NCBI GenBank assembly: GCA_951406725.2
Contig: OX597841.1
Location: 6,262,001-6,326,000, forward strand
DNA length: 64,000 bases
Reading direction: 5' to 3'
Source of the DNA: Octopus vulgaris
Lineage: Eukaryota
Shown: positions 24,765 through 38,434 of the stretch, in pieces
How the letters are laid out: each line of letters starts with the position of its first letter
Position numbering within the stretch: position 1 is the first letter of the stretch
Notes under the pieces: generated by a model
Seen by the model: the letters and a program-made list of their open reading frames with translations, nothing else
Databases searched by the model: none
What the model was told of the DNA's origin: nothing
Made by a program: the position numbers and the translations under genes

Positions 24765-25598
24765 TTAATTCCTCGGTTCAAACTTTAGTCTTTTGAGCAA
24801 TGTTGACATAATCTGAGGCATTTGTTTACAGCTATCGTATTCCAGATTATCCAACTTTCTTAATTCCAAAGAGCCAACACGTTTACAGACAGCAGTTAAC
24901 AGTTTCATGATTTCATATTCAGTGCCATATTTCACCAAAACTTTACTTAAAGTTTGCATAAACCACGAACCCTTACGTTTATGAATGACTGACGGATATT
25001 TATCAGACGACGAATGGAAAACCAACATATCTGCCATGATTGGAATTTTCGGTGGCTTTCTTTCAGATTCTTCTTCCTCGGCATCTTTTCTTTCGACTCC
25101 ATCATCAATCTTGCTTCCACGACATGCTTCAATAAAGATTAATTTAGGTATTCCTGTCAGAGATGGACAGCGATCGGGTCTCAGGCAAGAAAGCAATTCG
25201 TCCAGCTCAACTTCACCCTCGTATCCACGTATAATATCGTTTCCTTTACCATGGCTCAGAATCGCACAAACAAAGCAATCAATATTAATTTTAGGATCGA
25301 TTTGGCCCAAATCTTCTAAAGTCCCGAGCATTTCTTTGGCTGTAAAATCTGTAAATACATTGATATCATCTTCATGAAATCCAAGATTTTCTAAAGCCTT
25401 TTTAAAATGTTTTGTGTCTTTCGATGAGCCGTGACGAGTTTCAAGTCTTGGGTCACTGAAATTTTTCACGTTGAAAATGTAGGCAACACCTCGCTTTTCA
25501 TGTGTCATGTCATATTTTTCGAAACATTTCATTAAATCTTCCTCGGTTGGTAAATCGAACTGGGCGCATGTACTACCATTTACATTTACAGTATCCAT
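24765..25598 (-). CDS. Caspase (peptidase C14A), short prodomain, intronless; SHG and EACRG (caspase A)
   Basis: 277 aa: RGVAYIFN, RHGSSKD, CFVCAILSHG, PKLIFIEACRG, PIMADML, GSWFMQTL, KQMPQIMSTLLK. Confidence 0.92.
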   Translation of the reverse strand: MDTVNVNGSTCAQFDLPTEEDLMKCFEKYDMTHEKRGVAYIFNVKNFSDPRLETRHGSSKDTKHFKKALENLGFHEDDINVFTDFTAKEMLGTLEDLGQIDPKINIDCFVCAILSHGKGNDIIRGYEGEVELDELLSCLRPDRCPSLTGIPKLIFIEACRGSKIDDGVERKDAEEEESERKPPKIPIMADMLVFHSSSDKYPSVIHKRKGSWFMQTLSKVLVKYGTEYEIMKLLTAVCKRVGSLELRKLDNLEYDSCKQMPQIMSTLLKRLKFEPRN

Positions 25599-26166
25599 AG
25601 TAGTCGCGGCAGCAATGCGAAAAAGTGAATTTACTTCCTGGTCTGAAATATTATTCGTGTCACTTCACCCGACTAACGTCAGGTTATTAATGAATGCGCA
25701 TGCGTTAACAAAACCCAGCTCTCGGCTTCGAAGTGGGAACACAATTGAAAATTATTTTCGGTGAAGTGCGGCTTTTGCGTTCCGGAACCACCGCAAAATA
25801 TTCCCAGTTCCTTTAAATTGCATTTCGTCCAAAATGAAAGTGAAGTTCTTTTTCAAAAAGAACTAATTGAAACAACAGTTCGTCGAATGTAAACTGCCAT
25901 CGGCCGCAGAAATGAGGTCACACTTCACACAAGCTTCTATAAAAGGAAATGTCAATAAAAATACGGGAGCGACCACGAGGAAACGGAGGATGACCACGTG
26001 CTTTTTTATAGGACCAGAGTCGCCTTCAGATGATAACTTTTCCTTTTTTTTTCTTTCTTTCATTCTTTTTGTTGTTGCTGTTGTGAAAATGCTTATTGCC
26101 TTACTGTAATGAGTGAGCTGGATCGGAGATGATATGGTTTTAAACAACATTAATTAAAACATAATT

Positions 26167-26206
<40 letters not shown>

Positions 26207-26270
26207 TCGTGAGCATTCTGAAAGAGAAAGAAAGAAACACGATTGCCGATAGAAACATGCACAGAAGGTT

Positions 26271-26549
26271 GGTACTACTTAAGAAGAGTGGTCCCGGTGC
26301 GCGCATTCGCGTACTCGCGTACTCGCGTACTCGCGCTAGCTAGGCGTGACTAGTCGATCCTACAACGACTACCTAGCAAAGTAAATAAAACACAAAATAA
26401 ATAATTTTTTTTTTACACAAAGTAAATAATTTTTCTAAACAAAGTAAATAAAACACAAAAACACCAAGGATCGACTAGTCACGACTAACTAGTGCGGATG
26501 CGCGACTACGCAAGTGCGCGCACCGGGACCACTCTTCTTAAGTAGTACC
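26271..26549. mobile_element. MITE with ~80-bp GC-rich TIRs (GGTACTACTTAAGAAGAGTGGTCCCGGTGCGCGCA)
   Basis: Inverted termini; second copy at ~31879-32150; no TSD seen. Confidence 0.7.
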
Positions 26550-26675
26550 GCTGTTTGGTATCCCCGTATATATGATAATTCAAAATATAAACAATAACAA
26601 ACCATTAAATAATGTCTATTTTTGAAATGAAACGAAACTAACAGTAATATGACAAAATAATGTTTATTTCTGTTC

Positions 26676-26679
<4 letters not shown>

Positions 26680-26724
<45 letters not shown>

Positions 26725-26978
26725 GAAATTATTGTATACAGTGCTCAGGTGCACCACAACTTGTCAAAAGTGCATATAAAGCATATGCAGTAATGTACAA
26801 ATGTCTGGGAAGCGAACAGTGTATGAGTCAAATACATGCTTGTGTAGGGGAGAAAATCAGATGTAGTGTTGGCGAATCTCAGAAAGCATGGAAGTTTTGA
26901 AGGATGCAGTGCTCCGACAACTAACAACTGATGTCGGCAGTTTGTTCCATGCTTCAGCAATTCTCAGCGTGAAAAAAC
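26680..26978 (-). mobile_element. 3' end of a CR1/L2-like LINE with (ATT)n tail
   Basis: Minus-strand translation FFTLRIAEAWNKLPTSVV...SFK. Confidence 0.7.
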
Positions 26979-27247
26979 GACTTTATTTACATTGGAGAAG
27001 TTTACTCCTTCGTTTTTCCTTTTAATTGCAAAGTCCTCGATCAGATACTCGCTGCGGCCACATGAACTCTTCTAAATTATATTTCTGATCATATAACCGC
27101 TTGGAATGTTGCTGTAACAAGGTTGAAGTGATTTCTTTTGTGATGTAAACCATTTACAATTTTCCTGGTGTCTCCACTTCCCTTGATATCCTAAGCACAT
27201 GTCTATTCTGCTTAATGGTTAATCTAGTGCTGTTGATAATTTACGCA

Positions 27248-28597
27248 AGATTTAGGAATTTAATTGTTTTATCAACAAATTTAGGAATTTAATTATTTAA
27301 TCAATAAATTTATTAAATTTAGGAATTTAATTATTTTATCAACAAATTTAGGAATTTAATTATTTAATCAATAAATTTATTAAATTTAGGAATTTAATTA
27401 TTTTATCGCTAGATTTAGGAATTTAATTATTTTATCAACAAATTTATGAATTTAATTATTTAATCAATAAATTTATTAAATTTATGAATTTAATTATTTT
27501 ATCGCTAGATTTAGGAATTTAATTATTTAATCAATAAATTTATTAAATTTAGGAATTTAATTATTTTATCGCTAGATTTAGGAATTTAATTATTTTATCA
27601 ACAAATTTATGAATTTAATTATTTAATCAATAAATTTATTAAATTTATGAATTTAATTATCTTATCGCTAGATTTAGGAATTTTATTATTTTATCAACAA
27701 ATTTAGGAATTTAATTATTTAATCAATAAATTTATTAAATTTATGAATTTAATTATTTTATCACTAGATTTAGGAATTTAATTATTTAATCAATAAATTT
27801 ATTAAATTTAGGAATTTAATTATTTTATCGCTAGCTTTAGGAATTTAATTATTTTATCAACAAATTTATGAATTTAATTATTTAATCAATAAATTTATTA
27901 AATTTAGGAATTTAATTATTTTATCGCTAGATTTAGGAATTTAATTATTTTATCAACAAATTTATGAATTTAATTATTTAATCAATAAATTTATTAAATT
28001 TAGGAATTTAATTATTTTATCGCTAGCTTTAGGAATTTAATTATTTTATCAACAAATTTATGAATTTAATTATTTAATCAATAAATTTATTAAATTTAGG
28101 AATTTAATTATTTTATCGCTAGATTTAGGAATTTAATTATTTTATCAACAAATTTATGAATTTAATTATTTAATCAATAAATTTATTAAATTTAGGAATT
28201 TAATTATTTTATCGCTAGATTTAGGAATTTAATTATTTTATCAACAAATTTAGGAATTTAATTATTTAATCAATAAATTTATTAAATTTAGGAATTTAAT
28301 TATTTTATCGCTAGATTTAGGAATTTAATTATTTTATCAACAAATTTATGAATTTAATTATTTAATCAATAAATTTATTAAATTTATGAATTTAATTATC
28401 TTATCGCTAGATTTAGGAATTTTATTATTTTATCAACAAATTTAGGAATTTAATCAATAAATTTATTAAATTTATGAATTTAATTATTTTATCGCTAGAT
28501 TTAGGAATTTAATTATTTAATCAATAAATTTATTAAATTTAGGAATTTAATTATTTTATCGCTAGATTTAGGAATTTAATTATTTTATCAACAAAAT
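27248..28597. repeat. AT-rich minisatellite with higher-order 29+29+38 (96-bp) structure
   Basis: Units TTTAGGAATTTAATTATTTTATCGCTAGA / ...ATCAACAAA / TTTATGAATTTAATTATTTAATCAATAAATTTATTAAA. Confidence 0.95.
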
Positions 28598-29332
28598 TTT
28601 CTGCTGATAGCAAACTACATAAGAATCTTTGTTCCATACTTTACATATTTTAATAAATTAAGAACTAACGTAAAAGCTAATACATTTGACTATTTTGTTG
28701 TCATTTCAGAGACTTTATGTTAATAAGAGACATTTTATCTTAGGAGATTATCTACCATAGTAAAAAAAAAAGAGAAAAAAGCAGAATAATTGGACAAATT
28801 TTACGCAATGGTGCTGAGATAGCTTAATGCAGTGAGAGAAGAAAGATAAAAAAATTCTCTTTTGCAGACAAACTTTTACGAATCCAGCGATATAGGAAAA
28901 TACATGAATAAAATAGCCTAGATATTAATATTGTTCATATTTAGTTGTATATAAAAGAATGTTGGTTCAATTTTCAGAATGTAGGATTATTTTGAAATTT
29001 AGAATGGACCTATAAGTCACTGGTGTTCTTAGTAAAATTTGTGGTAGGAAATAGTTTTAGTTAAGCACCTAAAAATATTAGTGGATATTTATTAAATCAA
29101 ATCAAGTTTGTAATCATATTAGCAATTATTTAGTTGAAAATATTACATTTATCTATTTATCAATTTCTGCTGTAGGCATCATATGTGAGAATAGTTATTT
29201 ATTTGTAGATATATGAATTCATAAAATATACACTTTTTGTAATCATGAATATATGTATAATTTGAAGATGTATCTGAAGTTCTCACCGTAAGAAGCTCCG
29301 TTTCTCTTTAAGGATCCCACACCGAAAATATT

Positions 29333-30156
29333 TTACTTTCTCGGTTCAAACTTGAATTCTTTGCGCAACGTCGACATAATCTGAGGCATTTGTTTACAAC
29401 CATTGTATTCCGGATTATCCGAACTTTGGAATTCTAAAGAGGCAACATACTTAGAGACAGCGGTTAAAAGTGTCATCATTTCGTATTTAGTGCCATATTC
29501 CTTCAACATTTTACTTAAAGTTTGCATAAACCACGAACCTTTTTCATTATCCCTCATTGACGGATATTTATTTGATGACGAATGGAAAACCAACATATCT
29601 GCCATGATTGGAATTTTCGGTGGCTTTTTTTCAAATCCTAAACCGCAAGCATCTTTTTTTTCGACTCCAAGATCAGGCTTGCTTCCACGACATGCTTCAA
29701 TAAGATTAATTTAGGTATTCCTGTCAGAGATGGACAGCGATCGGGTCTCAGGCAAGAAAGCAATTCGTCTAGCTCAACTTCACCGTCGTATCCATATATG
29801 ATATCGTTTTCATCACCATGGCTCAGAATCGCACAAACAAAGCAGTCAATATTACCTTTAATATGAGAATCCTCTTCGTTAAAATCGTTCAAAACCGCGA
29901 GCATTTCTTTCGCTGTTACATCTGTACACACGTTGATATCATTCTCGTGAAATCCAAGATCTTTTAATGCGCTTTTAAAATCTTCTGCGTCTTTCGATGA
30001 GCCGAGACGAGTTGGAAGGTCCATGAAATTTTCATTGTTGAAGATGTAGGCAACACCTCGCTTTTTATGTGTCATATCATATTTATCGAAATATTTATCG
30101 TCCATAGTAGTCCCTGTGACAATGCCATCGCCTGAATCTACTTCCTGGTCTGACAT
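29333..30156 (-). pseudogene. Caspase B, EACRG type, split by a single 1-nt deletion at ~29702 (young pseudogene or sequence error)
   Basis: ORFs 29638..30156 and 29333..29605 join into PKLIFIEACRGSKPDLGVEKKDACGLGFEKKPPKIPIMAD when one base is restored (caspase A has AATAAAGATT, this copy AATAAGATT). Confidence 0.88.
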
Positions 30157-30597
30157 GTTATTTCTGTTGCATCAAGTGAAACCAGGTCAGGTTATTATCC
30201 AATGCGCATGCGTTAGCGAAATCCAACTCCTGGCTTCGAAGTGAAAAACAAAATTGGAAAAAATTTTGGGGCCAAGTGCGGCTTTTGTATTCCTGAACCC
30301 CTGCAAAATATTCCCAGTTCCTTTAAATCGCATTTCGTCCAAAATGAAAGTGAAGTTCTTTTTCAAAAAGAACTAATTGAAATAACAGTTCGTCGAATGT
30401 AAACTGCAATCGGCTGCAGAAATGAGGTCACACTTCACACAAGCTTCTATAAAAGGAAATGTCAATAAAAATACGGGAGCGGCCACGAGGAAACGGATTT
30501 TAATAACACACACACACACACACACATATATATTTTCACCCATCGCGGTGGGTTCTGGAACGTAACACCCGCAATAGTCGAAGGGTTACTGTATTAC

Positions 30598-31559
30598 GGC
30601 GAGCTGGCAGAATCGTTAGCACGCCGGGCGAGATGCTTAGTGGTATTTCGTCTGCCGTTACGTTCTGAGTTCAAATTCCGCCGAGGTCGACTTTGCCTTT
30701 CATCCTTTCGGGGTCGATTAAATAAGTACCAGTTACACACTGGGGTCCATATAATCAACTTAATCCGTTTGTCTGTCCTTGTTTGTCCCCTCTGTGTTTA
30801 GCCCCTTGTGGGTTGTAAAGAAATAGGTATTTCGTCTGTCACTACGTTCTGAGTTCAAATTCCGTCGAGGTCGACTTTGCCTTTCATCCTTTCGGGGTCA
30901 TTAAATAAGTACCAGTTACACACTGGGGTCCATATAATCAACTTAATCCGTTTGTCTGTCCTTGTTTGTCCTCTCTGTGTTTAGCCCCTTGTGGGTTGTA
31001 AAGAAATAGGTATTTCGTCTGCAGCTACGTTCTGAGTTCAAATTCCGCCGAGGTCGACTTTGCCTTTCATCCTTTCGGGGTCGATTAAATAAGTACCAGT
31101 TACACACTGGGGTCCATATAATCGACTTAATCTGTTTGTCTGTCCTTGTTTGTCCCCTCTGTGTTTAGCCCCTTGTGGGTTGTAAAGAAATAGGTATTTC
31201 GTCTGTCACTACGTTCTGAGTTCAAATTCCGTCGAGGTCGACTTTGCCTTTCATCCTTTCGGGGTCATTAAATAAGTACCAGTTACACACTGGGGTCCAT
31301 ATAATCGACTTAATCCGTTTGTCTGTCCTTGTTTGTCCCCTCTGTGTTTAGCCCCTTGTGGGTAGTAAAGAAATAGGTATTTCGTCTGCTGCTACGTTCT
31401 GAGTTCAAATTCCACCGAGGTCGACTTTGCCTTTCATCCTTTCGGGGTCGATTAAATAATTACCAGTTACGCACTGGGGTTGATATAATCGACTTAATCC
31501 GTTTGTCTGTCCTTGTTTGTCCCCTCTGTGTTTAGCCCCTTGTGGGTAGTAAAGAAATA
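30598..31559 (+). mobile_element. SINE family B: one tRNA-like head plus 5 tandem 184-bp bodies, flanked by TSD
   Basis: TGTATTAC at 30590-30597 and 31560-31567. Confidence 0.85.
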
Positions 31560-31763
31560 TGTATTACCACGTGCTTTTTATAGGACCAGAGTCGCCTTCA
31601 GATGATAACTTTTCCTTTCTTTCTTTCTTTCTTTCTTTTTCTTTCTTTCTTTCTTTCTTTTTTTGTTGTTGTTGCTGTTGTGAAAATGCTTATTGCCTTA
31701 CTGTAATCATTGTGCTGGATAGGAGACGATATGGTTTTAAACAACATTAATTAAAACATAATT

Positions 31764-32408
<645 letters not shown>

Positions 32409-32542
32409 TCAAACCGAAAGGGTCCAAAAGCTCTCTTTAAAATATTGTAAAATATAAAAAAAAATTGGGATGGGGAGGAAGGAGGAAAATAAATTTTGGG
32501 AAGTTTTCTTTTCTTTTTTTTTTGCTGTTCGTAATCTTCCAT

Positions 32543-32717
32543 AGGCGCAGGAGTGGCTGTGTGGTAAGTAGCTTGCTAACCAACCACATGGCTCCGGGTT
32601 CAGTCCCACTGCGTGGCATCTTGGGCAAGTGTCTTCTGCTGTAGCCCCGGGCCGACCAATGCTTGTGAGTGGATTTGGTAGACGGAAACTGAAAGAAGCC
32701 CGTCGTATATATGTATG

Positions 32718-32750
<33 letters not shown>

Positions 32751-32961
32751 TTGTGTGTCTGTGTTTGTCCCCCTAGCATTGCTTGACAACCGATGCTGGT
32801 GTGTTTACGTCCCCGTCACTTAGCGGTTCGGCAAAAGAGACCGATAGAATAAGTACTGGGCTTACAAAGAATAAGTCCCGGGGTCGATTTGCTCGACTAA
32901 AAGGTGGTGCTCCAGCATGGCCGCAGTCAAATGACTGAAACAAGTAAAAGAATAAAAGAGT
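32543..32961 (+). mobile_element. SINE family A
   Basis: Family head and tail. Confidence 0.85.
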
Positions 32962-33202
32962 AACGAAAAAATCTGAATGCGTAAGAAAGTTTTGGAAAGA
33001 AATGGGAGTTGGGCTTTGGGTACAACCGACCATCGCCGAAATTTGAAACAGAAAGGGTCACACGAACACTATCTGAACGGTGAACTCAAAGGTAAGAAGA
33101 TTAAACGTTCTGCTGCCCAGTGTACGACATCGATGGAAAGTCTTTCTTTCAACATTTTGTATTTCCAAATTGGGCAATGTTTCGCCGATGGTCTTAAATC
33201 TA

Positions 33203-33845
<643 letters not shown>

Positions 33846-33888
33846 GGGCAATCTTGGGCAATTTCCGTCACGAATTTTTAGTTATTTA

Positions 33889-34137
33889 CAGTAATCCCTC
33901 GCCATATCGCGGTTTCATCTATCGCGGTTTCATTTAACGCGGTTCATCTTTTGCGGTTTATTTAAGCATATATCGATTCTTCTATACAAGTTATAAAATA
34001 AATAAATAAATAAATAAATAAACTGTACAGTACTGTACATAGGCGCAGGTGTGGCTGTCTTCTATGGCCCCGGGCCGACCAATGCCTTGTGAGTGGATTT
34101 GGTAGACGGAAACTGAAAGAAGCCCATCGTATATATG

Positions 34138-34168
<31 letters not shown>

Positions 34169-34466
34169 TTGTGTGTCTGTATTTGACCCCCCCACCCAAC
34201 ATCGCTTGACAACCGATGCTGGTGTGTTTACGTCGCCGTAACCTAGCGGTTCGGCGAAAGAGACCGATAGAATAAGTACTGGGCTTACAAAAGAATAAGT
34301 CCCGGTGTCGATTTGCTCGACTAAAAAGGCGGTGCTCCAGCAAGGCCGCAGTCAAATGACTGAAACAAGTAAAAGGGTAAAAGAGTACGGTTTCTACTTC
34401 GCGGATTTTCACTTATCGCGGTGGGTTCTCGAACGTTAACACCCGCAATAGTCGAAGGGTTTCTGT
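33889..34466. mobile_element. Tc1/mariner(pogo)-type MITE interrupted by SINE family A (34042-34385)
   Basis: TA-CAGTAATCCCTCG ... CGAAGGGTTTCTG-TA ends; right end also at ~30533-30593. Confidence 0.6.
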
Positions 34467-34693
34467 ATTACACTTTTAATGTCCTGTGAAAGCAACATTT
34501 CGTTAGAAGTCGGTGATGGCGGTGAAAAGCGGTTATACGGTTGTGCGCATGCGCAGGCTTTCACACGCACGCGCACACACAGACACACACACACACGCGC
34601 AAAAACACCCATTGACCTTCAATGGAATACTGACACCCGCACTCGCACAATGAACGTATGTTTGTACGTGTATATGAGAGACGACGGGCGCAA

Positions 34694-34729
<36 letters not shown>

Positions 34730-34782
34730 ATGGGGTTCATGTAAACACAACACTATGAAGCTGAAGACGATTGCACACGCAA

Positions 34783-34840
<58 letters not shown>

Positions 34841-34868
34841 CCGTGTATATTTTATATACATGTACATG

Positions 34869-35033
34869 GGCGCAGGAGTGGCTGTGTGGTAAGTAGCTTG
34901 CTAACCAACCACATGGTTCCGGGTTCAGTCCCACTGCGTGGCATCTTGGGCAAGTGTCTTCTGCTATAGCCCCGGGCCGACCAATGCCTTGTGAGTGGAT
35001 TTGGTAGACGGAAACTGAAAGAAGCCTGTCGTA

Positions 35034-35098
<65 letters not shown>

Positions 35099-35318
35099 GT
35101 ATATGTGTGTGTGTTTGTGTGTCCGTATTTGTCCCCCTAGCATTGCTTGACAACCGATGGTGGTGTGTTTACGTCCCCGTCACCTAGCGGTTCGGCGAAA
35201 GAGACCGATAGAATAAGTACTGTGCTTACAAAAGAATAAGTCCCGGGGTCGATTTGCTCGACTAAAAAGGCGGTGCTCCAGCATGGCCGCAGTCAAATGA
35301 CTGAAACAAGTAAAAGAA
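34869..35318 (+). mobile_element. SINE family A
   Basis: Family head and tail. Confidence 0.85.
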
Positions 35319-36214
35319 TTAAAATCGTGTGTAGTTAAGTTGAGGAAAACTATTTTCCCATTCAGCCTTTATTCGTAGCATATCCAGTTTTCTGATGATC
35401 GCTTCATGTTTTTGCTCTACTTTTCGGGAGAAACTTACTTAGGCGCAAAGGAACTTATCCAGTCCGAACAACATACGAAGTTTTGCACTTTTGGAAGGCA
35501 GGAAATTGCTTCGCAGGCAGACAAAATCACAGAAGACGCTTTCATTCACACTTCAGATATTTTAATAAATTACGAACTAACTTAAAAGCTAATGCATTTT
35601 ATCATTTCATTGCCAATTCAGAGACTTCACGTTAAGAAGAGACACATTTTATTAGGAAGTTATCCATAAGAGTTTTTAAAAATTAGGAGAGGATTTAAAA
35701 AAGCATTACGCAATGTGCTTCGATAGTTTAATGCAGTGAGAAAACAAAGAAAAATTATTTCTCTTTGGTAGACAAACTGGTACGAATCCAGCGATATATG
35801 AAAGCATATGAATAAAATAGCCTACATATTAATATTGTTCATATTTAGCAAGGTTAGTTCAATTTTCAGGGTGTAGAATTATTTTGAAATTTAGAATGTT
35901 CACAGAAGGCATTGGAGTTCTTAGTAAAATTTATGCTAGGAAATAGTTTTAGTTAAGCGTCTTAAAATGTTAGAGGATATTTATTAAAGCAAAATCAAGT
36001 TTGTAGTCATATTAGCAATTATTTAGTTGGAAATATTACCTTTATCTTTTCATCAATTTATATTGTTGGTATAATGTAAAAATAATGTAATTATTTGTAG
36101 ATATATGAATTCATAAAATATACTTCTTTTGCAATTGTAGATATATTCTTTTATATTCTTTTAATATAACATGCACATCCAACGGAATTTCTCACTGTAG
36201 AAAGCTGAAATATT

Positions 36215-37036
36215 TTATTTCTTCGCTTCAAACTTTAGTTCTTTAAGCAATGTCGACACAATCTGAGGCATCTGTTTAAGATGAGCCTTTTCCTCGTCAC
36301 TACTTTTAGTTTCTAAAGAGGCAACGTGGTTAGAGACAGCTGTTAAAAGTGTCAAGATTTCTTTTTTAGTGCCATATTTGGACAAAATTTTACTTAAACT
36401 TTGCATAAGCCACGATCCTTCAGTTTGCGTGAATGACTTATATCCATTATAACACGCATGAAAAACCAGCAGATCTGCCATAATTGGAAAATTGGTTTCA
36501 TTTACTTCTGCTTCAGGTTCATCGCTTATGTCGACTCCTTTATCTCTCTCTATTCCGCGACATGTTGCAGTAAAAATTAATTTAGGTACTCCACTTAAAG
36601 ATGGACATTTTTCGGGTGTCAGGTAAGAAAGCAATTCATGCAGTCCAACTGGAACACGGCCCTTTCCAAAAATCGTATCGTTTGTATGACCATGACTGAT
36701 AATTGCACAAACAAAGCAACCAATATTTTCGTAACGACCATCTTTGTTAAAATTCTTCAAAACTTCACTCATTTCACCGGTTGTTAAATTTGGCCAATCT
36801 ACGATACACCTTTCAGAAAATCCAAGTTTTATTAATGCCGCTTTAAAATCTTCTGTGTCTTGTGGTGAACCCTTAAGATCTTTAAGCCTTGGTTCTTCGA
36901 AACTTTCATTGTTGAAGATGTAGGCTACAAGTCGCTTGTTATTTATATCATATTTAGGGAAACATTTACTAAGATCTTCCTTAGATGGTGAATGGGGCTG
37001 ATCGCTTGTCCCAACGTTTTCATCTCCCTCTGCCAT
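36215..37036 (-). CDS. Caspase-fold protein C: SHG and ATCRG, atypical S1 pocket; intronless
   Basis: ORF with CFVCAIISHG, PKLIFTATCRG, PIMADLL, KQMPQIVSTLLK; ATG in ACCATGG context at 37036 (track start at 37045 is a TTG). Confidence 0.9.
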   Translation of the reverse strand: MAEGDENVGTSDQPHSPSKEDLSKCFPKYDINNKRLVAYIFNNESFEEPRLKDLKGSPQDTEDFKAALIKLGFSERCIVDWPNLTTGEMSEVLKNFNKDGRYENIGCFVCAIISHGHTNDTIFGKGRVPVGLHELLSYLTPEKCPSLSGVPKLIFTATCRGIERDKGVDISDEPEAEVNETNFPIMADLLVFHACYNGYKSFTQTEGSWLMQSLSKILSKYGTKKEILTLLTAVSNHVASLETKSSDEEKAHLKQMPQIVSTLLKELKFEAKK

Positions 37037-38434
37037 GGTTGTCAATGTAAGAATGTGATGAGCAGAACCTGGTTCCGTTTATTATATATTATTTCTGTCC
37101 TCTCAGATTGCTATCAATGCGCATGCGTTAACGAAATCCAACTCCTCGCTTCCAACTCAAAATATACAAATGCATCAGAAATTCTCACCGTAATAATCTG
37201 CGTTTCTATTTAAGGACCCCACACCTTAAGGGGTTACACGATAAAAACTATCTGAGGGCTGAACTCATAGGCGAGAGGGTTAAACGTTCAGATGCACGGT
37301 GTTCGATGATATCGATAGAATGGCTTTCTTCCCTTATTTGGCATTTAAAATTTCGGCAATGTTTCGTTGATGGTTTAAATCTTCGGCAATTTCCGTAAGG
37401 AAATTTTTATTTCTTTATTTTATTTACGTCATTTTGTAGGCGACATTTGCTTAGAAATCGTTGAGAGAGGGGAAAAGTGAACCACACCGAAGAGTGCGTG
37501 CGCAACCATTCACACACACACACACACACACACATACACACACACACATACACACACATACACACACACATACACACATACATACATACATACACACACA
37601 CGTACACATACAACCACTGACTTTTGTTGTGGATGAGTTGAATATTGAAACCCTCACTCGCAGAATGCATGAATGCATTTAGGTGTATGTGCGAGAAAAT
37701 GGCTGTGAATGTGTGTGTGTGTGCGTGTGTGTATGTGTGTGTGTGTGTGTGTGTATGTGTGTGTGTGCGCGCGTGCGTTTGAGTACGCGAGTGTATTTGC
37801 GGACTCGACCCTAGCGTCTGTTTCCATCCTTGCCCTCCCCACCGACTTCAAAGCAAATGTCGACTTTAAGAAAACATGAAATGATAGTAAATAAATAAAA
37901 CTATTTACGGAAATTTCAAAACAATAAGCTGCAAGAAAATAACAGGTAAATGACAAGATTGCCTGCCTTGCAGGTATAGAAAATTGCAGAAGCTTTCAGT
38001 CAAATTTAAATATTTTAAGAAATTAAGAACTGGCGTAAAAGCAAATACATTTTATTATTTCGCCGGCATTTCAAAGATTTAATCTTAATAACAAAATTTA
38101 TAAGGAGATCATCCACCAGTTTTTAAAATTAGCAGAAAAATTGGAAAAGATATTTAGAAATTGTGCTGAGATAGAATAATACAGTGAGTAAGAAAGAAAA
38201 AACAATTTCTCTTCGGCAGAGAAACTTTTACGAATGCAGCGGTATATGAAAGCGTATGAATAAAATGGCGCGCATATTAATATTGTTCATATTGTATATA
38301 AAAGAATGTTAGTCAATATTCAGAGTGAAGAGTTATTTTGAAATTTAGAATGTTCCTAGAGGGCACTGGTGTTCTTGGTAAAATTTACGTTAGGAAATAG
38401 CGTTAGTGAAACATCTCATTATATGATATTTCTG

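Noticed and set aside
37037-37045. ORF-track starts MTTM for caspases C, D and E
   Set aside because: The first codon is TTG; the ATG three codons later is in an ACCATGG Kozak context.
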